64,000 nucleotides of DNA, taken from an uncultured Planctomycetota bacterium (GTDB taxonomy: Bacteria > Planctomycetota > Planctomycetia > Isosphaerales > Isosphaeraceae). The stretch spans positions 832,001-896,000 of the forward strand of contig CAWGMQ010000007.1 in assembly GCA_963823665.1 (NCBI GenBank). Reading direction: 5' to 3'. Shown here one piece after another: positions 20,569 to 30,894 of this stretch. The stretch's first letter is position 1, and each line of letters begins with the position of its first letter. The notes beneath the pieces are model-generated. The model did no database searches. It had not been told where the DNA came from and saw only the letters and a list, made by a program, of their open reading frames with translations. The position numbers and the translations under genes are program-made.

Positions 20569-22764
20569 CTATCGAGAAAGCGCGGATTCATCATCCCGCG
20601 GCAAAGCGGCGAAGAGGTCGGCCAGCGCCGGCTCGTAGTTCTTCCAGCGCGCCACCGACCGCTGATAAACTGGCTGCCGAACCTGCATGACGCTGGCGGT
20701 GCGAATGGGGCGCTCGGTGCGATGGAATTCGAGGCACGCCGGCTCCCACGAGAGCCCGCACGCGTCGATCATCCGGCGAGCGGTTGACTCCAGGTCGGTG
20801 ACGGTGTCTTCGTAGTTCACGTCCAGAATCGGAATGGGCAAGACTTTCTTCCAGTGGCTCATCACGCGGTGGTACTGGAGGAACCGCGCGGCGATGTTTT
20901 CCTGGGCGTTCGACCAGCGGATGCTGCGGAAATCGGTCATCCAGCACGAAACCGCGATGTCACGCAGGTCGCGGCGGCAGTGGATGAACGTGGCGCGGGG
21001 AAACATGATTGCGAGTAGCCCGATATACATGTAATTGTCCGGCATCTTGTCGACGACGCGGCTCGACCGGCCGCCGTCGATCGCGGCCAGGCGGTCCAGA
21101 TGGGTCTCCGACAGGCGCAAGATCGCCGGGTGGTCGAGGAATGTGACGCAGTCGCGCGGGGCGGCCGAGCGGCCGAGCACGCCGGGTATCCCCTCGAACG
21201 ACCGGCGGGCCAGCCGCAGCTCGCCGGCGCCGTGGACCTGCGAGTGGCTGGCGAGCACCTGCTCGACGAGTGTCGTGCCCGAGCGCGGCAGGCCAAAGAC
21301 GAATACCGGTTTGCGCGACGGCGAGCCGGCGCCCGCGAGCCGGGCGAACAATTCCGTGTCGAAAGACCGGATCAGACCGTCGACGAAACGCTCGTGATCG
21401 GCCGGCGCGTAATCCTTGCGGAGCCGGTTGGTCTCGAGCGTCAGTGCGTTGCTCTCGCGGAGGCATTCGCCTGCCCGCGCGTACTCGCCCTTGCCATCCA
21501 GGGCATGGGCCAGCGCGAAGAGCAGCCGGGCACGCGGGTTCTCGGCGAGCTTTTCATCCTTCAAACGCTCTTCCAGCGCCGCCAGGTCGGATTCGGGCAG
21601 CTTGGAGCGAAGCAAGGTCGCCAGCCGGGCATGCGGCAGCGCGTAAGTGGGCTGTTTCTCGAGCGCGGTGCGGAACGAAGCTTCGGCCGCAGCCATGTCG
21701 CCCAGCTCTTCCTGCAAACCGCCCAGGTTCAGATATGCGGCGGCAAAATCCGGCTGAAGCTGGATGGCGGCATCGTAATGCTCGCGAGCCTCCGTGAACC
21801 GCGATTCATCCTGCATCGCCCAGCCCAGGGAGAGATGCGCCGATGCCCGATCCGGATCAAGCGCAACGACTCGCTCCCAGCAGGGAATCGACTCGGCCGA
21901 CTCTTCCATCTCGTCGTGCAGCTCGGCCAGCCACTGCCAGAACTCGACGTTGGCGGGCTCGAGGTCGACCGCCTTCTTCAGCCACACCAGAGCATCGCTG
22001 AGTTGGCCTTCCTTCTGCAGCACCAGCCCGAGATGGGCGTTCGACAGCGCCAGCTTCGGGTCGAGCCGCAGCGCTTCGAGGTAGGAAACCTTCGCATCGA
22101 CCAGGCGTTCGAGCACACGAAACGTATTGCCCAGGTTGTGGTGCAGCACCGCCGAGTTCGGGTCGAGGCGAACCGCCTCCTGGCTGTGCGGTAGAGCCTC
22201 GTCGGCCTGGCCCAGATCGAGCAGCGTCTGCCCCAGGTTCGTCTGGGCCGGAGCGAAGGTGACATCGAGCTCAACGGCCTTGCGGAAATGCTCGAGTGCC
22301 TCTTCCTTGCGGCCGAGGTCACGCAGCGCGATTCCCAGGTTGCTATGGGCGACCACGAAACCCGGGCGCAGCTCGAGAGCGCGGTTGAGATGATCGACCG
22401 CCTCGGCGCTCTTGCCCAGACCTTGCAGGGCTGCGCCCAGGTTGCAAAGAGCCTCGGGATAATCGGCCCAGATCGACAGTGCGGCACGGCAGCAGCCGGC
22501 GGCACGCTCGAAGTCACCGAGCGCGCGATAGGCCTCTGCCAGATTCGCGTGGTAAATATGGGAGTTGGGCTTGATCGCCACCGCCCGGCCGATCAGCTCG
22601 ATTGCGCGGGTGTGATTGCCCTGTTGATGGTGCAAAACCCCCAGAAGATGAAGCGCCTCGGCGTTCTCCTGCTCGCGCGCCAGCACCCGCTGATACAACT
22701 GAGAGGCGGCTCCCAGTTGACCCGAACGATGCATTTCGATCGCGGCTGTCAGCACATCTTGCAT
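20569..22764 (-). CDS. TPR-containing sulfotransferase
   Basis: Long 34-aa TPR array followed by the PAPS-binding FVFGLPRSGTTLVEQ, VDKMPDN and IRTASVMQVRQP motifs. Confidence 0.93.
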   Translation of the reverse strand: MQDVLTAAIEMHRSGQLGAASQLYQRVLAREQENAEALHLLGVLHHQQGNHTRAIELIGRAVAIKPNSHIYHANLAEAYRALGDFERAAGCCRAALSIWADYPEALCNLGAALQGLGKSAEAVDHLNRALELRPGFVVAHSNLGIALRDLGRKEEALEHFRKAVELDVTFAPAQTNLGQTLLDLGQADEALPHSQEAVRLDPNSAVLHHNLGNTFRVLERLVDAKVSYLEALRLDPKLALSNAHLGLVLQKEGQLSDALVWLKKAVDLEPANVEFWQWLAELHDEMEESAESIPCWERVVALDPDRASAHLSLGWAMQDESRFTEAREHYDAAIQLQPDFAAAYLNLGGLQEELGDMAAAEASFRTALEKQPTYALPHARLATLLRSKLPESDLAALEERLKDEKLAENPRARLLFALAHALDGKGEYARAGECLRESNALTLETNRLRKDYAPADHERFVDGLIRSFDTELFARLAGAGSPSRKPVFVFGLPRSGTTLVEQVLASHSQVHGAGELRLARRSFEGIPGVLGRSAAPRDCVTFLDHPAILRLSETHLDRLAAIDGGRSSRVVDKMPDNYMYIGLLAIMFPRATFIHCRRDLRDIAVSCWMTDFRSIRWSNAQENIAARFLQYHRVMSHWKKVLPIPILDVNYEDTVTDLESTARRMIDACGLSWEPACLEFHRTERPIRTASVMQVRQPVYQRSVARWKNYEPALADLFAALPRDDESALSR

Positions 22765-22911
22765 GGCAGAGAAACCATCTCAGGAAACCCAAGTTTGCAC
22801 CGGTGCGACACGACCGCGCCGATTGCGCTGCCGCATCGCGGCGACAGCATTCTCGGAAATAACTCCTCTCAATCTATCACGGTCGTGAGCGGCCGGCCAA
22901 CGTGTGCTCGT

Positions 22912-23385
22912 TCAGTTCTGATCGATCCAGTTGATCGCGTTCGAACCCCACGGCAGCGCGCGCGGGCGGCGCGGACCGTAGTAATAGTTGGCCTCGGTGG
23001 GATAGCGTACGCTCGAAAGGACGGGAAGATTGGGATTGGAAAACGAAATCGCCTCGCTGACAGTGGTTTGGCCATCGTAGCCGCGAACGTAGGTCAAGAC
23101 GGGGGCGGTCATTGTTCGGAACGGCGACAACGGGCCGTACAGCGAGAGGGTTTGATCACCGTAGATCTGGAGCGGAGAATAGCCGGCACCGATCGGGGAA
23201 TTACCTTGCACCGTGATCACGGGCGTGGGATAGAACGTTCCCAGGGTTGAAGCTCTCCGAGGCGCAGCACATGGTTGCATACCGCTGGGCGCGGCAACCC
23301 TCCGCGTCCGCCGCGGCGGTGGACCTGCCCAGGCGAACCCCGCGACAAGCTGGAGCTCGAGCACGGCCAAGCTGAAAACAAGCAT
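22912..23385 (-). CDS. Hypothetical secreted protein (start uncertain)
   Basis: Hydrophobic N-terminus and a Tyr/Pro-rich body (LGTFYPTP, GYSPL, YVRGYDG, NWIDQN). Confidence 0.6.
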   Translation of the reverse strand: MLVFSLAVLELQLVAGFAWAGPPPRRTRRVAAPSGMQPCAAPRRASTLGTFYPTPVITVQGNSPIGAGYSPLQIYGDQTLSLYGPLSPFRTMTAPVLTYVRGYDGQTTVSEAISFSNPNLPVLSSVRYPTEANYYYGPRRPRALPWGSNAINWIDQN

Positions 23386-23544
23386 GCGCGCGCAGCGCGG
23401 GTACCGCGAGTCATGGGTGTGCCTCAAAGGATGCCGGAGCCGGGCAGTAACGAGATCGGCCGTGGAAGCGGAGTCTCGGCTGCTGTTTGTCTCTTCTTGA
23501 GGAAATCTACCCGATAAATCGCGACCCTGTACCAAATCCGTGAA

Positions 23545-24075
23545 TCAAATCGAAGAACGGGCTCGGGGAAGCAGCCCGTGAAGCTCTTCAAGGATTCGCA
23601 CCACGCCGCTGCCCATTGGCGAATGGAGCAGTTCGTACAGTTTGGATATCAGCTCCCCCTCACGTAGATAGAGCGATTCGTGCCCGTTGGTCCTGGCCGG
23701 GATCTCTGACTCGACCGCGAATCGCGATTCTTCCGCCGTCGCCAAGGAGACCGGCTTCACACCCGCACCGTTGGGAATCGACAAAGGGCCTCCTTCAGCG
23801 GGCACCCAATCATAAACGCCGCGGATCCGACGGTTGGGCTGCCTCTCCAGGTGGGACGCAACCGGCTCGGCTACTTCTTCGAATCCCAGGAGATCCTCCA
23901 TGGGAACCTCCAAAGCCACCGCGATCCGACGTAGCGTGCCGGCACGAGGCAGACCCGTCTTGCCGCTCTCGATCTGGTAGAGGGCAGTCCGGGAAATCTC
24001 GGCCCGGTTGGCTAGCTCATCGGGACCCCAGCCCTTGGCGTACCGAATATCGCGTACTCTCTGCGCTAACGACAT
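23545..24075 (-). CDS. XRE-family HTH transcriptional regulator
   Basis: LAQRVRDIRYAKGWGPDELANRAEISRTALYQIESGK...TLRRIAVAL. Confidence 0.9.
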   Translation of the reverse strand: MSLAQRVRDIRYAKGWGPDELANRAEISRTALYQIESGKTGLPRAGTLRRIAVALEVPMEDLLGFEEVAEPVASHLERQPNRRIRGVYDWVPAEGGPLSIPNGAGVKPVSLATAEESRFAVESEIPARTNGHESLYLREGELISKLYELLHSPMGSGVVRILEELHGLLPRARSSI

Positions 24076-24543
24076 CGAAGAGTCTCCTCAACGCTGAGGT
24101 CCAGGGAAATTCGTCCATGCCCTTCCGATCCGCAATTCGTCGCTGGCGTCAAAGACCCGAGCATTTCCGCGAACGTGGTCACAAAAAGCGTGATCGGATT
24201 TCTAAAAGCTAACAAATCATAGCATTCCACGTCAAGCCAGTTCAACAGGAAAAAAAAGGCCATCGATCTCGCCAAAGCCCAGAACAGCGTAACTGACATT
24301 GGTCAAGTCACTTAACGCAGATCGTTCCTTATTTGAGCGGACCTCGATTCACACCGGATTAAGCAAGATCGCACGTTTTGAAAGGGTGAAAACTTTGCAA
24401 ACAAACTGTGAGCGAATGCGATGACCGGAGCGCGGACGTGCGGTAGCCGACTCTCCGGTTCGGTACGAATCGGATCGATTGAATGACGTGATAACGCGAG
24501 CTTGCCGGCGAAAGCCGGCTGAGGAAAGGGGGAGCGGCGGAGG

Positions 24544-24803
24544 TTACGAGGCGCTCTCGAGCTCCTTGAGGATGGTGACCAGCATGGCAGGGTCGCGGTG
24601 CTCGATGAGCTCGGCGATTCGCGGCTCGGGGAATTCGAGCTTCCGGAGGCTCAATTCGACCTGAGCCCAGAGGCGATCCTTTTTTTACCCTCGGCGAGGT
24701 AGAGATCGGTGGCCAGCTCGGCGAGGCGCTGGCACTTGATGGCGTCGAAGTTCTTGTAGTATCGTTCGATGATTTTGCGCTGATACGGCGTGTGGTCGGC
24801 CAT
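24544..24803 (-). CDS. Small hypothetical protein (frameshifted near 24655-24685)
   Basis: MADHTPYQRKIIERYYKNFDAIKCQRLAELATDLYLAEGKK continues across frames as RLWAQVE..LRKLEFPEPRIAELIEHRDPAMLVTILKELESAS, with a homopolymer run at the break. Confidence 0.7.
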
Positions 24804-25009
24804 GGATATGCCCTCGTTGCGTTCGGCGTCGGCGCCACATTCTCCCGTGGTGAAGTGTTTTTCCGCAAGCCGGTAGCCGCGCGGCATCCTGCTGGTTGAG
24901 GCCTGTGGGGCTTGACCGGGAGGGCCGCGTCGCGAGGAGTCGCTTCGCGGCCCACCCGCAAAAGGGAAGGCGGACGACCACCGAGGCGGCGTCGCCGGCG
25001 GAGGTCCTC

Positions 25010-26591
25010 TCAGCTTGCGAGATCCTCCATGCTGTGCCTGAGGCGGACGGGGATCTTCGTCTGCTCAACATGCTCAGGTTCGCTGCGATCGATTGCGACG
25101 ACGGGTCGCACCTTCACCTTGACGGCGTCGACGTTGGCTTTGTGGCCGACCGCTGCCAGGGCCGGGGTGTAGTCGACCTTGACCTTGGCGATGCCGTGGG
25201 CGTCGGGGTTTCTGGACGCGAGCACCACCGGTGTGTTCGAGACCGAGATGACGGTCGAGGGATTCTTGCGCCTCGATCTTGGAAAGTGCCTTGTAGAAGG
25301 AGAGGTTGCCCATCTTCTTCTTGAGGATTCCGAAGGCGCGGGCCGAGTCGGGAATGTTGAGCACTTCCTTCTGCGACTCGAAGGTTTGTCCGGTTTTGAG
25401 CTCGCCGGTGAGGGTGGCGGTGGTCAAGCCGAATGGAAGGTTCAACTGGTCGGCCACGAAGACGTAGGTTTCAAACGGGAACTCGTCTCGCTTGACTTTC
25501 CGGTGGATGACGGCGACGGCATGCGCACCATTGAGCTCGACCGAGGCGGGATTGATTTCGCTCACGGGGAAGCCGGAGGTGCCGAAGACATACACCCGGA
25601 CGAGATCGCGGTGGTTGGTGTCGATGATGCGGTGTTCATGCGGGTTGATCAAGATGGGCGGCGAAGGTGGAGGATTTGGGGGGACAACGGTCGCCTGGGC
25701 CAGTGTGAACGTGTTCTCGGGGAAGTACGAGTCGCTGATGCCGCCGTCGTGGAGTGAGAGGCCGAATGCCCCGATTCCGATCGTGCTCGTGGACGTGAGT
25801 GGATGGCCGGTCTCTTCCTGGTAGAGTTGCGAGAAATTAGTGATCGAGAACTCGAGGTTCGGGTGGGCTGCCTGATTGGCGAGATAGACGTTGCCCGTGT
25901 TGTTCGGGAGCATGGTGGAGAACGTCGGGATGCCCGTCTGCGGATTGATGGAATTGGGGATCGCGATCGCCACCTGATATGGCTTAGGTGCCAGGGGGTT
26001 GGGCGCCGGAGAAGGCGACATGTTTGGCGGGAGCGGGGGCTGGGTTGGCGAGAAACCCGCAACGATGTCGGGCACGCCGGCACCGGTCAGGTCGAGAAAG
26101 GCGGCCATCTGGATATCCTGGCCTTCGAGCGCCGGGTATTCGTTGAAGAGTGGGTCGAGCGCCAGAACGGCGGGATTGACATTTCCGGCGTTGCCATTAT
26201 CATCCGCATCCCCGGCGATCACCGACTCTGAAGAAGGGTTGGACGGATCGGCGGGGGGTTGGTTCAGCCCGATGCTCAATGTGTCGTCCGCGGCGTCGTA
26301 TGACACGCGGATCTCCGAGATGGCGTAACCCGACGTCTTGATGAGACTCGCAAAGGGCGGTGGGATGATGGGCAGCGTGATTGGAGTCGTGCTGTTCGAG
26401 GCGTTGAAAATAACGACGCCTGGGGATTCTGTAGCGGGAAAATCGATTGGAACATTTCCGGTGAAGTTAACGCTGAGCAGTCGCCGATGATCTAACTGTT
26501 CCATAGCCACGACGGAGCGCTTGGCGGACTTGTGGCCGTCACGGCGCCGCCACGCTCTGGCGGCTTGGAGCAGCTTGGTGATCAAGAACAT
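25010..26591 (-). CDS. Planctomycete extracellular-signal protein (frameshift near 25260)
   Basis: N-terminal VAMEQLDHRRLLS signal motif, a domain homologous to 26861..27727, a Pro linker and a second beta-rich domain. The tail continues in ORF 25010..25228. Confidence 0.82.
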
Positions 26592-26860
26592 TTCCCCTCA
26601 TCCTTTCTTGACGACTCCGCTCCCGAGCGGAACGGCGGTCTACAGGGAAGCGGCGCCTGGGGACTCAGTGAACGAGTCGCCGAGACCCAGGAGAAACCGC
26701 TGTCTGAACCAGATTGCCGAGTCGTCCGTCCGATGACGGTCGCCTTTGAAGTCCTGTTCGTGCTCGAATTGGAATAGCGTGTTCGTACCCAGCCAACCCT
26801 CGGTACTAGAGGGAGCGGACAAACTGGGGCGAGTGAGCAAACAGAGGAAGGAGCCTCGAC

Positions 26861-27727
26861 ATGGCTGGCCGAACGGTGTTCCGCTCTTGCTTGGTACTGG
26901 CCGTGCTCTTTGGAGCGCGGTCCGTCTTCGCGGACCCAATCACCTTTACCGGGAACGTTGCCAACGATTTTAATCCGACGACTAACCCGGGTGTCGTGGT
27001 CATCACGGACAGTCTTCACCAGAACGACCCTGCGCACATCGCCCAGCCCGCGTGGATGACGAATGAGGGTCTCGTCTCGGGCTGGAACATCAAGGATGTC
27101 CGCCTGGACTACAACGCGGCCACGGACACGATGTATGTGGGAGTCAATACGTACGGCGTCGCCGGCGACGTTTACGGAGGCGGCACGCCGCCGCCGGGGA
27201 CGCCGAACGTCGGCAGCAACCCGGCCAACTTCGGCGGTGACAAGGCAATGGCTGTCGCATTCGCCCCGCTCTCCGGCGCGTTCAGCACGTTCAATCTTCC
27301 CACGCCCGTGATTGTCGCGGGTGTTTCCGGAGACAAAGCACAGACCGGGACAGGTCTCGACGGGTTTACCGTCGCGAAGTATGCGGGAGGAACAGGCCCC
27401 GGCAACCTCGACCTGGTGACCGGGTTCGGTCAAACGCTCGCGAACGGGGGAAACCTCGCCTTCAATCCCGACGCTCAACATCCCGGCTTTGAGTTCACGA
27501 TCACGAATTTCAGCCAGCTCTTGGGTGCCAACCCGGCGAACGGTCTGGTGGTGATGACCCAAGACGGTTCGACGAGTGCGGTCACGTTCGGCAAAGACGA
27601 ACTGGTCGGTGTCGTGCCTCAGTTCGAGGCGCAGCAAATCCCCGAACCGACCACCTGGATGGTGTGGGCGGGCCTGGCCGGCGCGCTCGCCTGGCGGCGA
27701 ATTCGCTCGCGACGAGCCAGCGCTTGA
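26861..27727 (+). CDS. PEP-CTERM sorting-domain protein
   Basis: Sec signal ending VFA-DP, AGGAG RBS, C-terminal IPEPTTWMVWAGLAGALAWRRIRSRR. Confidence 0.9.
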   Translation: MAGRTVFRSCLVLAVLFGARSVFADPITFTGNVANDFNPTTNPGVVVITDSLHQNDPAHIAQPAWMTNEGLVSGWNIKDVRLDYNAATDTMYVGVNTYGVAGDVYGGGTPPPGTPNVGSNPANFGGDKAMAVAFAPLSGAFSTFNLPTPVIVAGVSGDKAQTGTGLDGFTVAKYAGGTGPGNLDLVTGFGQTLANGGNLAFNPDAQHPGFEFTITNFSQLLGANPANGLVVMTQDGSTSAVTFGKDELVGVVPQFEAQQIPEPTTWMVWAGLAGALAWRRIRSRRASA

Positions 27728-28046
27728 CGATTTCCTTCTCGCCACCATGAGCATAAACGCATCCCTGCGCAACCCGGCGGATGTTCCACGGTACCGCCGT
27801 TTTGATTAAATCGGCCTCGTACGACGAGCAGTGCGGCCGATTTGGCATCGAGAGGCGCCGTCTTCCCTCCCGTCCCCACTTCCCAGATTAATCGCATCCA
27901 ATCTTTCGACCCTCATTGCCGGCAGCACGCGAAGAAGCGGGCGAGCACGGCGCGACGGTCATGCGGGTTTGACGGGTTCTGCCGATGGTCGCGAACGCAC
28001 CGACATCAAGATGCTCGCATCATTTTTCCGGACCGGCATCTTCACA

Positions 28047-28075
28047 TTGATTTACGGATTCGATCGCGTTATGCT
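28047..28075 (+). promoter_or_regulatory. sigma70-like promoter
   Basis: TTGATT-N17-TATGCT in an AT-rich patch upstream of the small acidic ORF and the efflux genes. Confidence 0.45.
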
Positions 28076-28224
28076 TCAATGTGGAGTGGTGCGTGCGCGC
28101 CGTAGGCTCAAGCGGACGTCGACTCATCCACCGGACGGTGCAGACCATGAGAGAGGGCTTCGCGGCAGACGGGCAACGCCAGGCACGGTCGTGTGCTCCT
28201 GCGGCTCTGAATCAAGGGGCGTTG

Positions 28225-28755
28225 ATGCCCCGAGTTCATGCTGGCGGACCCGACGGCGCGCGGCTGGTGATCATCGGTCGGGAGCGTTGCACGAGCTCGA
28301 AGCTTCGGCGTCGCGCCGCTGTTCGCCTTGCGTTCGTCGCGGCGATCGCGATGGGTGGAGCGTGGGTTGCGCGCGGCATCGTGGCGCGCGGGGAAACGGA
28401 CGATCGGCATGGCGCAGCCCAAACGGCAGTTGCCCACCGGGGTGAACCCGACTCGCCCGTCGGCGACGCCCGAGCGGGGGGTCATTCTCCCCACCGGTGG
28501 CACAAGCGTCTTCACAAGTTTCCCAAGAGGATCGCGGCCAACGACCCTAGCGACGACGGGACGTCGAGAGACCCCGACGACGAAGACGACGACGCATCGG
28601 ACGACCTGACCTGCGACGACGACACGGAAGTGACGGTTGTAGCCTGCCTCGGCGATGTTGCACTCTACGTAATCGCCACGGAAAGTGCAGGAGGCACGTC
28701 CCGGATCGAACCCCATTCTCCGCTCTTCCTGACGCTGCAACGGTTCCGTTGTTGA
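28225..28755 (+). CDS. Small acidic protein A (signal/TM, NDPSDDGTSRDP, C-terminal QRFRC); start uncertain
   Basis: Homologous at DNA and protein level to 36444..36914, which supports coding status. Confidence 0.65.
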   Translation: MPRVHAGGPDGARLVIIGRERCTSSKLRRRAAVRLAFVAAIAMGGAWVARGIVARGETDDRHGAAQTAVAHRGEPDSPVGDARAGGHSPHRWHKRLHKFPKRIAANDPSDDGTSRDPDDEDDDASDDLTCDDDTEVTVVACLGDVALYVIATESAGGTSRIEPHSPLFLTLQRFRC

Positions 28756-29254
28756 GCCACCGTCAAGCCAGCCTCACCTCGACCGACGACGTCGATTTGG
28801 TTGCTGAGCCGCGCGTTTGACGGACAAGTGGCGCGCTTCGACGTGCGCAGGGTATGCCCCATCCAGCTCGGGAAAATCCCCCCTGCTGGGTAGGAGCGCC
28901 GGCGCCCGCCAGCGCTCGAACACAATGTCCTGACCAGCGTTGCGGTGCTCCGACGTCGCGGTGTTGGCAGCTAGAGCCGTCACGCTCTGAAGCGCTTGGC
29001 TATCCGAGACACAGGGGCTGGCGGGAGCCACCTCGTGCTTCGTGGCTACAACCGTGTCGAACCACCGTTCAATTCACTCGCCGCTGGTGGACGCCGCCCA
29101 ACGCGCGGCGCTCGCCGGACCACAAGGCCGCAGCCCAAGTCACCCCAATCCGAGTGCACAAAATGATCAATACCGAACAAGACCATGAATTGCTCCATGC
29201 TCAAGGTGACGCGCACCTCATCCCAGCGGCGGCGGCTCCGCGGCGCCGCGGAAA

Positions 29255-30856
29255 ATGGGCTTCGGCCAGAAAGCCGTCGTCGCGCTGCTTTTGACCGTCG
29301 TCCTGGTCCCGCCGCTTCTCGGTTTTTACAGCTACTTCTCGGGTATTCCATTCCATTTGCTTGCCTCCGCCAAGAAGGACGACAAGGATGGAGACAACAG
29401 CTCCTCGTCGCTGGCCTCTGGCGTCGCACTGGTCTCGGGCAGCAGCCACACGCTGGAGGTTCCGGAGGAGGTCACCACCACCCTGGGAATTGCCAAGGGC
29501 GGCCACGACTCGATCGCGATCGCGCAGCCTCCGAAGATGATGCGGCCGCTTGTGCTTCCTGGCTCCACGCGGTTCGATCCCGCCCGCCTGGACCGAATTC
29601 GCGCTCGTTTTGCTCCGGCCAGAGTCGTTCAACTGGCCCAGATCCAGGATCGCTCCCCCAAGAACGGATTCACCGAGTACCGCGACCTGCGGCCCGGCGA
29701 CCCCGTCCTCAAGGGCGATCTCCTGGCCACTTTCTACAGTGTCGACGTGGGCTCGAAGAAGAACGATCTCCTCGACGCCCTGGTGCAAGAGGAGCTGGAC
29801 CAGAAGATCTTGGACGCGGCCGAGAAACACGACCAAGCTGTTCCACCGGTCTTCATGCTCACTTACGAGCGCGCAGTGCAAGGCGACCGCAACGCCATCA
29901 GCCGGGCCCTCAACAACCTGAGGTTGTGGGATATTCCGCAGGACGAGATCGACTCGCTGCACGACGAAGCGAAGAAGATCTGCGCCGACAAGAAGTCGTG
30001 GCTGAAAACCCCGGAGGGCCAGTGGGTCAGGGGCGTGAAACAAGCCAACGGAAAGATCGCTTTTCCTCACAATGACACGGAAAATCCCTGGGGCAAGGTG
30101 ACCCTGCGCGCCGACCGGGACGGCATTGTTGTCGAAAGCAACGTCGTCACTGGCGAGATGGTGGTTGACAACACGGTCAACCTGTTTCAGATCGCCGACG
30201 TGAGCCGGCTGCAGGTCGTCGCCAACTGCCCCGAGGATTCCTTGCCGGCCCTCGAGTCGCTCCACCGCGGACAACGGAAGTGGACGGTGCGAACGGTGAG
30301 CGCGCCCCAGGATGCGGGGCTGCCCGGAACGATCGACGAGATCGGTTTCATGATCGATCCCAATCAGCACACGGCGGTGATCAAGGGGTATATGGTCAAC
30401 CCAGGGCAACGAATCCGGGCGGGCCAGTACATCACTGCCACAGTGGAGATTCCCCCGCCAGACGACGTGGTTGAGATTCCCACCGATGCTCTCCTTGAGG
30501 ATGGCCTGCAGAGCGTGGTGTTTGTGCAGCCTGATCCGGCGGTGCACAAATTCGCCATGCGGCGCGTGCAGGTTACCCATCGCTTCGAAAAGTCGGTATT
30601 CGTTCGGTCTTCGCCCATCCCGAGCGGAGAGCAATTGACGGACCGCGAAGCCGACGAGGGGCTCTTGGCCAAGGAGCCCCTCAAGTCCGGCGAGCGCGTC
30701 CTTCTATCGGGTGCGGTGGAGCTCAAGGCCGCCCTGCTGGAGCTCGAGTCGCGACCGGTGACAAGTTCCGCAGACAAGCTCGCCCGGGCGAAAGCACCGG
30801 CGGCGGCGGGCGTCGAGTCGCCACCCGAAGGTACGCCGAAAGCGGGCAAGGGCTGA
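29255..30856 (+). CDS. RND efflux periplasmic adaptor (CzcB-like MFP)
   Basis: N-terminal TM, GDPVLKGDLLA, TLRADRDGIVVESNVVTGEMV, LFQIAD, LRAGQY-like IRAGQY; directly upstream of the RND pump. Confidence 0.88.
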   Translation: MGFGQKAVVALLLTVVLVPPLLGFYSYFSGIPFHLLASAKKDDKDGDNSSSSLASGVALVSGSSHTLEVPEEVTTTLGIAKGGHDSIAIAQPPKMMRPLVLPGSTRFDPARLDRIRARFAPARVVQLAQIQDRSPKNGFTEYRDLRPGDPVLKGDLLATFYSVDVGSKKNDLLDALVQEELDQKILDAAEKHDQAVPPVFMLTYERAVQGDRNAISRALNNLRLWDIPQDEIDSLHDEAKKICADKKSWLKTPEGQWVRGVKQANGKIAFPHNDTENPWGKVTLRADRDGIVVESNVVTGEMVVDNTVNLFQIADVSRLQVVANCPEDSLPALESLHRGQRKWTVRTVSAPQDAGLPGTIDEIGFMIDPNQHTAVIKGYMVNPGQRIRAGQYITATVEIPPPDDVVEIPTDALLEDGLQSVVFVQPDPAVHKFAMRRVQVTHRFEKSVFVRSSPIPSGEQLTDREADEGLLAKEPLKSGERVLLSGAVELKAALLELESRPVTSSADKLARAKAPAAAGVESPPEGTPKAGKG

Positions 30857-30894
30857 AAAAAGAAGGTTGACTCTCGATCTCGGGAAACGTCTCC

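Noticed and set aside
28756..29254. Known riboswitch or ncRNA in the spacer before czcB
   Set aside because: No recognisable consensus by eye; needs an Rfam scan.
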